DNA of 63,333 bases, filler included, from Olpidium bornovanus S191 (Eukaryota > Fungi > Olpidiomycota), in the NCBI GenBank assembly GCA_017911155.1. It is 30 parts of 30 records of this genome, joined end to end, with 100 filler letters (N's around TTAATTAATTAA, not from the genome) between each part and the next. Parts side by side here need not be neighbours in the genome. Positions count along the whole stretch, not along the records: positions 49,909 to 51,002 come from JAEFCI010001137.1; positions 51,103 to 56,023 come from JAEFCI010008013.1; positions 56,124 to 57,420 come from JAEFCI010004966.1; positions 57,521 to 59,445 come from JAEFCI010007514.1; 26 more parts are not named here. One strand, given 5' to 3'. A program made the translations under genes and the position numbers. Shown here piece by piece: positions 50,056 to 58,698 of this stretch. Numbering within the stretch: position 1 is the stretch's first letter; every line of letters starts with the position of its first letter. Below the pieces are notes generated by a model. It did not search any database. It saw nothing but the letters and a program-made list of their open reading frames with translations, and had not been told where the DNA came from.

Positions 50056-50848
50056 ACGAGATCTTGGCCCTGGTCCTCGATGTTGGGAGTTCCTGGACGC
50101 GGGCGGGCTACGCCGGCGAGGACACCCCTAAGGCCGTGGCGCCGTCTTACGTGGGCTCGCTGGCGGTGCCCGAGGAAGCGGACCGCCGGCCGGCCCTGGT
50201 CGACCACGCCGGGGACGTGATCATGGGCGACGACGACGCCGGCGCCGGCGCTGCTGTCAGCCGCGCGCGGAAACGGAAGTACGCAGTTGGCGACGGGGAG
50301 GTCAGCCTGTGGCGACCAGACATGGAAGTGGTCAACCCGCTGAAGGATGGACTCGGTAAGAGGAAATTTTCGTTTTTTTTTTTGGCGTCGCGCGAACGCG
50401 GGTTGATTTTAGGACAGAACTCTTCTGGAAACGTCGGCCTGCTGTGCGCAAGTTTTCCGTCCCGGGCACCTCCTGGCCTCCTAGCCGTTGGGAGCTAACG
50501 CTCGTTCGCCCGCGGCGTTGTTGGCCCCCCTTTTTTTTTTAAAAAAAAAAAAAGTCGAGGACTGGGATATCCTAGAGAACCTTTGGGACTACGCTCTAAG
50601 GTCGCGGCTGCGCGTCGACCCGCGCGAGCACCCCCTGTTCCTGACCGAGAGCTCGTGGAACACCCGCGAGGCCCGGGAGCGCACCGCCGAACTCGCGTTC
50701 GAAACGTTCGGCGTGCCGGCGTCGTTCATATGCCGGAACGCGGTTCTCTCAGCGTTTGCCGCAGGGAGATCGAGCGCCCTCGTGCTGGACTGCGGGGGCG
50801 GAACCACAAGCGCGGTTTCGGTGTACGACGGCTACGTGCTCAAGAAGT
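50056..50848 (+). CDS. ARP4: Nuclear actin-related protein Arp4/ACTL6, partial, two or more exons
   Basis: [28 protein letters not shown]...[15 protein letters not shown]|VEDWD...[38 protein letters not shown]...[24 protein letters not shown]...VYDGYVLKK. Confidence 0.9.
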
Positions 50849-50877
50849 GTGAGTTCTGGTCACCCCTGGTGGCAGCC

Positions 50878-50909
<32 letters not shown>

Positions 50910-51151
50910 CCGTTTTTGCCTAGCGGACCCGGTCGTACAATTTGCCGAGGGAAAAACCCCGCGCCCCCCGGGCGGCCAAACACCCCCCCCCCGGCCCCCG
51001 GGNNNNNNNNNNNNNNNNNNNNNNNNNNNNNNNNNNNNNNNNNNNNTTAATTAATTAANNNNNNNNNNNNNNNNNNNNNNNNNNNNNNNNNNNNNNNNNN
51101 NNTGAAAGATGGCTTTCGGCGGCGGCGGAGCGGGGGGGGGGTCAGGTCCGA

Positions 51152-51304
51152 GTTGGGCTCATAACCTGTTCGATTTTCTTTTGTGGTTTTCTCGCCGTTG
51201 AGGCGAACGCGTTTATTGAGAAAAGGAGGAGAACTATACTACATATACAAACATTCAGGGGTTCCGATCCCGGTACGCGTAACCCCACCCGGTAAATCCC
51301 AACA
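51152..51304 (-). mobile_element. Copia/Ty5-like LTR (138 bp, TGTT...AACA) plus half-tRNA-iMet PBS
   Basis: The minus-strand LTR begins TGTTGGGA, ends TCGAACA, contains AATAAA and is followed directly by GGTTATGAGCCCAAC; related to the LTR at 525-651. Confidence 0.75.
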
Positions 51305-51314
51305 AAAACCAACG

Positions 51315-52110
51315 GTGTTATGGTAAGAACAGTTGAATCGGTGGCGTTCTCGGGAACCTGTGATCAGATCAACTTAATCTTTGGCTCGTTTGAAAGCCCT
51401 CGTCAAGTACGAGTACTATGCGCCTGCCGAGTTTCAAAATTTTACCATTTGATGTGCTTTGCTGGTGGCAAGTGATCAGTTTGGGGTGAAGTGAAAACGA
51501 TTAATACTATTTTTGCCTTTTTTCGAGTGGAGTGTTCTCAAAATCCTGTGGATCAGATATGTCACCGCTTTGGCGTGCCTCGAAAGCTCTTGTCGAGTAC
51601 TATAAACCTGCCGAGTTTCAAAATGTTCTGCTTTGATCTCACCTGCTGCTGGTAAGATCACTGCAGTGGCTGGGGGGAAGACTAAGTGTTGTGGTAAGAA
51701 CACTTGAATCTGTCGCATTTGTGGGAACCTGTTATCGGATCTGGCTGATCCTTAGCTTGCTAGAAAGCCCTCTTTAAGTACAACAAGCCTGTCAAGTTTC
51801 ACAATTTTCCGCTTTGGTTTCACCAGCTGGTGGTAAGATCAGTGTCGGGGGTGGTGTGAAAACTAAGTATTGTCCGCTTTGGTTTCACCAGCTGGTGGTA
51901 AGGTCAGTGTCGGGGGTGGTGTAAAAACTAAGTATTGTGGTAAGAACACTTGAATCGGTGGCGTTCTCGGAACCAGTCATCGGACCAACGTGACCTTTGG
52001 CTTGTTTGAAAGCCCTCGGTGAGTACTATAAGCCTGCTGAGTTTTAAAGCTTTCCAGTATTGACGCACTTGCCGGAGGTAAGATCCGAGTTGGGGGTGGT
52101 GTGAAACGAG
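51315..52110. repeat. Degenerate ~183-bp satellite, about 4 copies, with a ~62-bp internal duplication
   Basis: (G/A)AGTAC anchors at about 51411, 51595, 51776 and 52021; GGTAAGAACA(C/G)TTGAATC at 51322, 51693 and 51939; duplicated TCCGCTTTGGTTTCACCAGCTGGTGGTAAG segment. Confidence 0.85.
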
Positions 52111-52404
52111 ATATTTTCCGTTTTCCGGTGAGGAGGGTGCGGGGGTGGTGGTGTGGGTGGTGGGCTGCTCCCCGTCAGCACTCCCACCGAAAACCCGAAA
52201 ACCCCCGAAAACCCGCTGGAAGCAAAACGGAAGACCTGAGTGACCGATTCAACACTTGAATCTGTGCCCCCGCCCAACCCCAGCACCAGCACAGACAGGA
52301 GAACAGGTCAGGCAGGTGAGCAACTCCGCGAGACACCGTCCAAAAAAAAACCGCAGGTCTCTATCTGCTCTTGAGGCCAAGGTACGTCACTTTTTCTCTT
52401 TTTT

Positions 52405-53430
52405 GCACTGTTTGAACATGGAGGCCGACTTTGAATCCACACCGCCAGACACACAGGGACCTACCCAAGCCGGTTCAACGACCTCGTTCGAAAGGTCTCG
52501 TCGAAGCCTTTAAAACGAGTCTAAAACCACTTGGTTTGGGTTTTTCCCTGTCAAGGTGCAAGGAATGCAAGTCACGAGCCATGTTAGCGCGGTGAAAACC
52601 TGTGAAACGAGACACCGCGGTCGAAGCATGGTGGTCGCCATGGTCGCCATGGTCGCCCGACCGCGCAAGGAGGAAGGAAGAACGGAAGGTGCGGAGGGCG
52701 TTGCGGAGGGGATGGAGGCTGGGCGACGCCATCCATGGTCGCAGTTTTCTCCTTTAGCACTGTTTGAACATGGAGGCTGACTTCGAAACCACACCGCGGG
52801 ACACAATTACCTCCCCAAGCCGATTCAAGGCTCGTTCGAAAGGTCTCGTCGAGGCCTTTTAAACGAGTCTAAAACCACTTGGTATAGGTCTTTCCCTGTC
52901 AAGCTGCAAGAAATGCAAGTCACGAGCCATGTTAGCGCGGGGAAAACCCGTGAAACGGGACACTGCGGTCGAAGCATGGTGGTCGCCATGGTCGCCCTGG
53001 TCGCCCGACCGCGCAAGGAGGGAAGGAAGGAAGGAAGGTGCGGAGGGCGTTGCGGCGGCCCTAGAGGCTGCCCAACGCCATCCATGGTGGCGGTTTCTCC
53101 TTTAGCACTGTTGAATATGGAGGCTGACTTCGAAACCACACCGCGGGACACACAGGTACCTACCCAAGCCGGTTCAAGGCTCGTTCGAAAGGCCTCGTCG
53201 AGGCCTTTAGAATGAGTCTAAAACCACTTGGTTTAGGTTTTTCCCCATCAAGCTGCAAGGGATGCAAGTCATGAAACGTGTTAGCGCGGTGAAAACCCGT
53301 GAAACGGGTCACTGCGACCGAACCACAGTCGCCTTGGTCGCCATGGTCGGCGCGGTCGCCATGGTCGCAGGACCAAGGAAAGAAGGAAGGAAGGCGGGCG
53401 AGGGCGTTGTGGGGGCTGCCATGGTCGGCC
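52405..53430. repeat. Three tandem ~350-bp repeats, each with a 21-bp palindrome
   Basis: ATGGAGGC anchors at 52418, 52770 and 53117 (periods 352 and 347); AAAGG(C/T)CTCGTCGA(G/A)GCCTTT in each copy, perfect at 53188-53208. Confidence 0.93.
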
Positions 53431-53503
53431 TGGTCCATGGGCTGTGGGGGTTCGGGTTGAACGGGGGGGAGGGTGGGGGGGGGGGGGAAACTTCTTTTTT
53501 GGT

Positions 53504-54108
53504 GACGTGCGAATCTTCTTTTCTTTCGACGTGCGAAGCTTCTTTTCTTTCGACGTGCAAATCTTCTTTTTTCTGCGAAGTGCGAATTTTTTTTTTTTGC
53601 GACGTGCGAATCTTTTGTTTTTTTTGCGACGTGCAAATCTTTTTTTTTATGCGACGTGCGAATTTTTTTTTTTTGCGAGGTGCGTATCTTTTTTCTGCGA
53701 AGTGCGAATTTTTTTTTTTTTGCGACGTGCGAATCTTTTTTTTTTTTTGCGACGTGCAAATCTTCTTTTTTATGCGACGTGCGAATTTTTTTTTTTTTGC
53801 GAGGTGCGTATCTTCTTTTTTTCGAGGTGCGAATCTTTTTTTTTTTTGCGAGGCGCGAATCTTCTTTTTTTGCGACGTGCGAATCTTCTTTTTTTTGCGA
53901 CGTGTGAATCTTCTTTTTTTTTGCGACGTGCGAATCTTCTTTTCTTTAGACGTGCGAATCTTCTTTTTTATGTGACGTGCGAATCTTCTTTTTTTGCGAA
54001 GTGCGAGTCTTCTTTTTTTTGCGACGTGCGAATCTTCTTTTTTTTGCGACGTGCGAATCTTCTTTTTTTTGCGATGTGCCAATCTTTTTTTTGCGACGTG
54101 CGAATTTT
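53504..54108. repeat. ~24-bp minisatellite GACGTGCGAATCTTC(T)nGC, 25 copies by manual count
   Basis: Conserved GACGTGCGAAT core separated by poly-T of variable length; units 4-8 recur as units 9-13. Confidence 0.95.
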
Positions 54109-54122
54109 CCGGATAACTGTGC

Positions 54123-54244
54123 GAGGAGACCCCTTCAAGATTTTCAAGATTAATGAATTTCCCAAATTTTCGGTATAATGGCACGCACGCTCGTGCCATT
54201 ATACGGAAAATTTGGGAAATTCATTAATCTTGAAGGGGTTTCCT
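54123..54244. repeat. Long AT-rich inverted repeat (hairpin/cruciform), ~55-bp arms, 6-nt loop
   Basis: CCCCTTCAAGA[TTTTCAAGA]TTAATGAATTTCCCAAATTTTCGGTATAATGGCACG - CACGCT - CGTGCCATTATACGGAAAATTTGGGAAATTCATTAATCTTGAAGGGG; one mismatch and a 9-bp duplication in the left arm. Confidence 0.95.
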
Positions 54245-54266
54245 GCGTCCAGATAACTTTTGAGAT

Positions 54267-54533
54267 TTGACAATTGACAATTGTCAATTGTCAATTGTCA
54301 ATCGCCAACTGCCTATTGTCAATTGTCAATCGTCAATTGTCAATCGCCAACTGCCTATTGTCAATTGTCAATCGTCAATTGTCTATCGTCAACTGCCAAT
54401 TGTCAATTGTCAATCGGCAATTGTCAATTATCGATCGTCAATTGCCAATTATCGATCGTCAATTGTCAATTATCGATCGTCAATTGTAAGATCGTCAATT
54501 ATCAATTGTCAATTATCGATCGTCAATTGTCAA
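54267..54533. repeat. Heptamer array TCAATTG/TCAATCG opening with a 28-bp perfect palindrome
   Basis: TTGACAATTGACAATTGTCAATTGTCAA (54267-54294) is self-complementary, followed by a few dozen 7-bp units. Confidence 0.95.
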
Positions 54534-54539
54534 GCCGCG

Positions 54540-55420
54540 CCCGGTGTGCCCGGCCCCCCGCCCTGGCCCACCAAAAACCAAGCAAAAACAAACACCTCGG
54601 AAACCCCGAAAACCCCGCCCCGCCCCGCCAGGGTGACACTTACGTTGCCCTCTGGGGCTTTCCTTTTTTCTCTTTTTTGTTTCTTTTTCTTCTTTTCAGC
54701 ACCACCCTCGGTATGCTCTCTTTCCAGCTGTTCCTCACGCATGCGAAGTTCCTTTTCCTGGCGTTCCACGTCTTGTTGCTGCTCGCGGAGGGCGCGTTCG
54801 CGTGCGTCCAGGGTTTCAAATGTTCCGCACTTCCCTCCAGCAGTTTCAGCAGTTGCTTGTCCAGAACTTTCCGTGTTTTGTAACGGCGGGGTTCTGGTCA
54901 TTATTCTTTTTCTGGGTGCTTCTTTGCGTGGATGGTTGCAGCGGCGGTCCCGGCGCGGCGGCGGTTGCGGCAAGGCGGCGGTTGCGGCAAGGCGGCGGTT
55001 GGTTGCGGCGCGGCGGCGCAGAGGATGGCGGTTAAGCAACGGCGCAACCGCCGGAACGGCGGCGGCAAGCGCGCTTTTTTGCGTGGATGGTTGCGGCGGC
55101 GGTCGCGGCGGGGCGGCGGTTGGTTGCTGCGCGGCGGCGCAGAGGATGGCGACTGCGGCGGCGGGCGCGCGGCGGCGGTGGTCGGGCGAAAGATGGTTGC
55201 TGCGCTCTTCGGGAGCGCAGAAGAAGGCTCTTCGGGAGCGTTCACGGGTTCACGGTAGGATGCTTCACGGGCAGGGCGCCGTTGGGCTCATAACCTGTGG
55301 TTTTGTTTTGGGTTTTTCGTTGTGTTTTATTTGGGTTTCGGGTGGTAACTACTTTCGGGGGTAACGGGAGGAGGGCTTGGGTACCGACAGTCCGCTCGAT
55401 CGATGTCGACACCACCCACA
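54540..55420 (-). mobile_element. Copia/Ty5-like element 5' end: 125-bp LTR (55296-55420, TGTGG...CCACA), PBS (55281-55295), GC-rich repetitive internal region
   Basis: Perfect 5-bp TIR, minus-strand AATAAA, PBS GGTTATGAGCCCAAC directly abutting the LTR; the internal region has duplicated TTTGCGTGGATGGTTGC...GCAGAGGATGGCG blocks and no gag/pol motif. The left boundary is approximate. Confidence 0.7.
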
Positions 55421-55800
55421 ACAATGCACTCCATCCTTCTGTAGGAAACAATTTAGTAGATATAATAATATAACTCTATAAAATAGAAATTGGGTATCTG
55501 GGTATTAAAAAAGCATCAAAAATTTACTTTTTTATAAAATTTGTAAAAAAATTGAGATCAAAAAAGTGTCAGAAATTTTGAATTAAGGTAAAAAGTGAGA
55601 AAAAATGGTTTTCAACATTACTCAGCCAAAATGGGTCAGAAATGGTAAATTTAGAAGCAAATTGATACAATTCCTGGAAAGTTTCCAGGAACATGTTGGG
55701 GGCGAGAGGGGGTGTGTGGAACCTGGGCGGAGTCCCGGCTCTCCGGGGCGGGGCCGGATAGAATCGGGGTCCCAACCGGACCATAGGTTATTTACCACCC

Positions 55801-55883
55801 CCGGGGCCAACACAGCCCCGGAGGCCACCGCCCCGGGGCCAACACAGCCCTGGAGGCCACCGCCCAGGGGCCAACACAGCCCC
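55801..55883. repeat. 32-bp GC-rich tandem repeat, about 2.6 copies
   Basis: CCGGGGCCAACACAGCCCCGGAGGCCACCGCC at 55801 and 55833 (one mismatch), partial copy at 55865. Confidence 0.9.
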
Positions 55884-56156
55884 AAGGGACCCACTGGGTC
55901 CGCCCTGTTAAAGTTCTGCCTTCCTACCTTTCTCGTTACCGGTCTGGTCGGAACCCCATAATGTTGTGTTCCCGTTATAACGCGTAAATCTTCCTCTGTA
56001 TAATAAACGCCCCACCCGGCGAANNNNNNNNNNNNNNNNNNNNNNNNNNNNNNNNNNNNNNNNNNNNTTAATTAATTAANNNNNNNNNNNNNNNNNNNNN
56101 NNNNNNNNNNNNNNNNNNNNNNNCCCCCCCATTTTTTTTTTTTTTTTGGGGGGGAG

Positions 56157-56195
<39 letters not shown>

Positions 56196-56379
56196 AAAAA
56201 AAAGAATATAAGAATTGGGGAGCTCTTCCTCCCCCCGCCGCCGCCCGCCTTCCCCCTTCCTCCCCCGCAAACCCGCAACGTCCGCGCTTCTTCCTCCCCC
56301 GCACAAACTCGACGCTTTCTCGGGTGCGCGCCCAACCCTCTCGCCCTTCCCGAAACGCGGCGCTCTCTACGCGAAAACC

Positions 56380-57237
56380 ATGATTACCGTCACCGGCGCC
56401 ACCGGCCATCTCGGCCGCCTCGTCATCGACGAGCTGCTGAAGCGCGGCGTGGCTCCCGCGAAGATCGTCGCCGCCGTCCGCAGCACCGAGAGGGCCGCAG
56501 ACCTCGCCAAGCGCGGGGTGCAGGTGCGCGTCGCCGACTACACGAAGCCCGAGACGCTGCCCGCAGCTCTCGCCGGCACCGAGAAGCTGCTGCTCATCTC
56601 TTCTAGCGACGTCGCCGGCGACCGCGTCGGCCAGCACTCGAGCGTGGTCAAGGCCGCGAAGGCCGCCGGCGTGCGCCTGATCGCGTACACCAGCTTCCTC
56701 AACGCCGATACCAACGGCATGATCCTCGCCGCCGCCCACAAGGCCACCGAGGCCGTCATCCGCGACTCCGGCGTGCCCTACGTGTTCCTGCGCAACGGCT
56801 GGTACGTCGAGAACTACAGCGAAAACCTCGCCTCCGCGTTCAAGTTCGGCGCGCTGGTCGGCGCTGCGGGCTCCGGAAAGGTTTCCGCCGTCACCCGCGG
56901 GGACTGCGCCGCCGCCGCCGCGGCGGTCCTCACCACTGACGGCCACGCCGGCAAGACGTACGAGCTGGGCGGCCAGACCTTCAACTTGCCGGAGCTGGCC
57001 GCCGCGGTGTCAAAGGCGAGCGGGAAGACGATCGTCTACAAGGACGTTTCCGCTGAGGAGCTGACCAAGACCCTGGTCGGGGCTGGGGTGCCCGAGGGGT
57101 TCGCCGCCGTTCTGGCCGACTCCGACAAGGGAATCGCCCGCGGCGACATGTTCACCGACAAGGGTGACCTGCAGCGGCTCATTGGTCGTGAGCCCACGCC
57201 GCTTGCTACCGCCTTGGCGGGCGTCAAACCTACCTGA
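56380..57237 (+). CDS. qorB: NmrA-like SDR / NAD(P)H:quinone oxidoreductase (YtfG/QorB type), intronless, complete, 285 aa
   Basis: MITVTGATGHLGRLVIDELL (Rossmann TGATGxLG), VRVADYTKPETLPAALAGTEKLLLISSS, QHSSVVKAAKAAGVRLIAYTS, HKATE, LRNGWYVENY, GKVSAVTRGDCAAAAAAVL, KTYELGG, LQRLIGREPT; AAAACC-ATG start context. Confidence 0.9.
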   Translation: MITVTGATGHLGRLVIDELLKRGVAPAKIVAAVRSTERAADLAKRGVQVRVADYTKPETLPAALAGTEKLLLISSSDVAGDRVGQHSSVVKAAKAAGVRLIAYTSFLNADTNGMILAAAHKATEAVIRDSGVPYVFLRNGWYVENYSENLASAFKFGALVGAAGSGKVSAVTRGDCAAAAAAVLTTDGHAGKTYELGGQTFNLPELAAAVSKASGKTIVYKDVSAEELTKTLVGAGVPEGFAAVLADSDKGIARGDMFTDKGDLQRLIGREPTPLATALAGVKPT

Positions 57238-57520
57238 GTCGCGCGCGCGCGCCCCTGCCCCAAGCCACGGATTCGCCTCCCGGACCTCCTCAAATTTATA
57301 GTTATCAACCCTCGGCGTGCGTCCGTTAAACATCTTAGACGAACCTCCCGAGTCCGCCTATCCAAACAACTTCCCCCCCCCCAACCCACCCGGCTTAACT
57401 ATTCCCATCGAGGAATGGAGNNNNNNNNNNNNNNNNNNNNNNNNNNNNNNNNNNNNNNNNNNNNTTAATTAATTAANNNNNNNNNNNNNNNNNNNNNNNN
57501 NNNNNNNNNNNNNNNNNNNN

Positions 57521-58698
57521 ATCATGCATTCGAAACTGTATAAATCAATTTGAGCCGTACGCGTGCGTTGATCAATCAGACCCGAGCTTGATAGGCCATT
57601 GCGAAAACAATCGGTCGACACTGCCGTACCTGGTGACAACCCAGTACCAGCACGCTCCCCACGCACTCACGGACAATCGCGGCACCGGCAACGGCTCCAG
57701 CGACCACGACGCAGTTATTAATGCCGCTGATATGGAGCGCGCCGAGATGGACACCCTCGCGAATAAGGTTGACCGTGCAGTTTTCCAGGTTGCGAATGAG
57801 ACAGTCGTTGTTGGTGTTGCGGTTAGCCGAGGCAACCTCGCCTATGTCCACGTGCGCATCTTTCCGGTGTTCCAGGGTGAAGGTGGCGGCCGTTGCCGGC
57901 GCAGTTTTCGCGACAGGCTGCAATGGGGCGGCAGTGCAATCGGGCGACGGGTTCGGCACGGGCGCCGCGCCGGGCGGCTTTGACTTGGACTTGAACAAAA
58001 ACTTCGTCTTTGGCGCCAACACGGAACGCCGGTCGGCGAGCTCGCCAAGGAGCACTTTAACGTGCTATGAACGCCCGCCACGGGAATACAGTCAGCTGAA
58101 GCCTGGCACGTCTGCTTTACAATGTGAGTGTTCGCCAATCGTGGCATGCCACCCCGTGGAGCGCAGCCGTCACACCTCCAGACATCGTCGCTGGTCATAC
58201 AACGGGAGGTACACCGTCGCCTTCGTCACCTCCTTGCTGAGCAAGTTGATCTTTTGGCTGATTTCCTCAAGTGGCTTCTCTACGTCAGAACGCGGCTTGC
58301 TCGCGAGATCCGACAGGGCTTCCTTTATACCTGTTGTTGTTTCACCAACGGTCGACCGGGGAGAAAAGGGGCGCGGGAAGAGGGAAGGTGAGCATTGGCA
58401 GCGGCGAAGTGTCCGATGACACTGACGTAGTAGCGGAGTGGCCCCCCATCAAGTAGACGGCGAGCGGACGGGAAGTGCGCGCAAGCGGATGCAGAAAGCG
58501 CCGAAGGTATCCGAAAAGCGCGCCAACGCGGAGGCTCGCTTTCGCCGCCGCCCTCCTGCCCCACACGACCTCTGCCGGCTCACCTTCTTTCTCGGCCTGG
58601 AACCACGAAAAGAAGTGGGCGGCGGCCTCCTTGGACACGACCCTCCCACCGACGGCGTCCGAGCTTGCGGTGGCGGCCGAGTTGGGACCGTCAGCCAT
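57521..58698 (-). CDS. TBCC: Tubulin-specific chaperone C (cofactor C), multi-exon, 3' partial
   Basis: N-terminal helical bundle (LSKEVTKATVYLPLYDQRRCLE), PKTKFLFKSK linker and C-CAP beta-helix (LIRNLENCTVNL...GALHISGINNCVVVAGAVAGAAIVRECVGSVLVLGCHQ|FRMHD). Confidence 0.9.

Noticed and set aside
52187-52215. Telomere-like CCGAAAAC repeats
   Set aside because: Only about three imperfect copies, internal to the contig.
53504-54108. CRISPR-like array
   Set aside because: The intervals between repeats are poly-T tracts, not unique spacers; no cas genes; eukaryotic context.
53160-54489. Long Lys/Arg-rich, Phe-rich and NCQLSIV-repeat ORFs
   Set aside because: Translations of the minisatellite and heptamer arrays, open in several frames on both strands.
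51167-55420. The two LTRs in contig 26 as the 3' and 5' LTRs of one element
   Set aside because: They differ in length and sequence (TGTT..AACA versus TGTGG..CCACA), and each has its own PBS.
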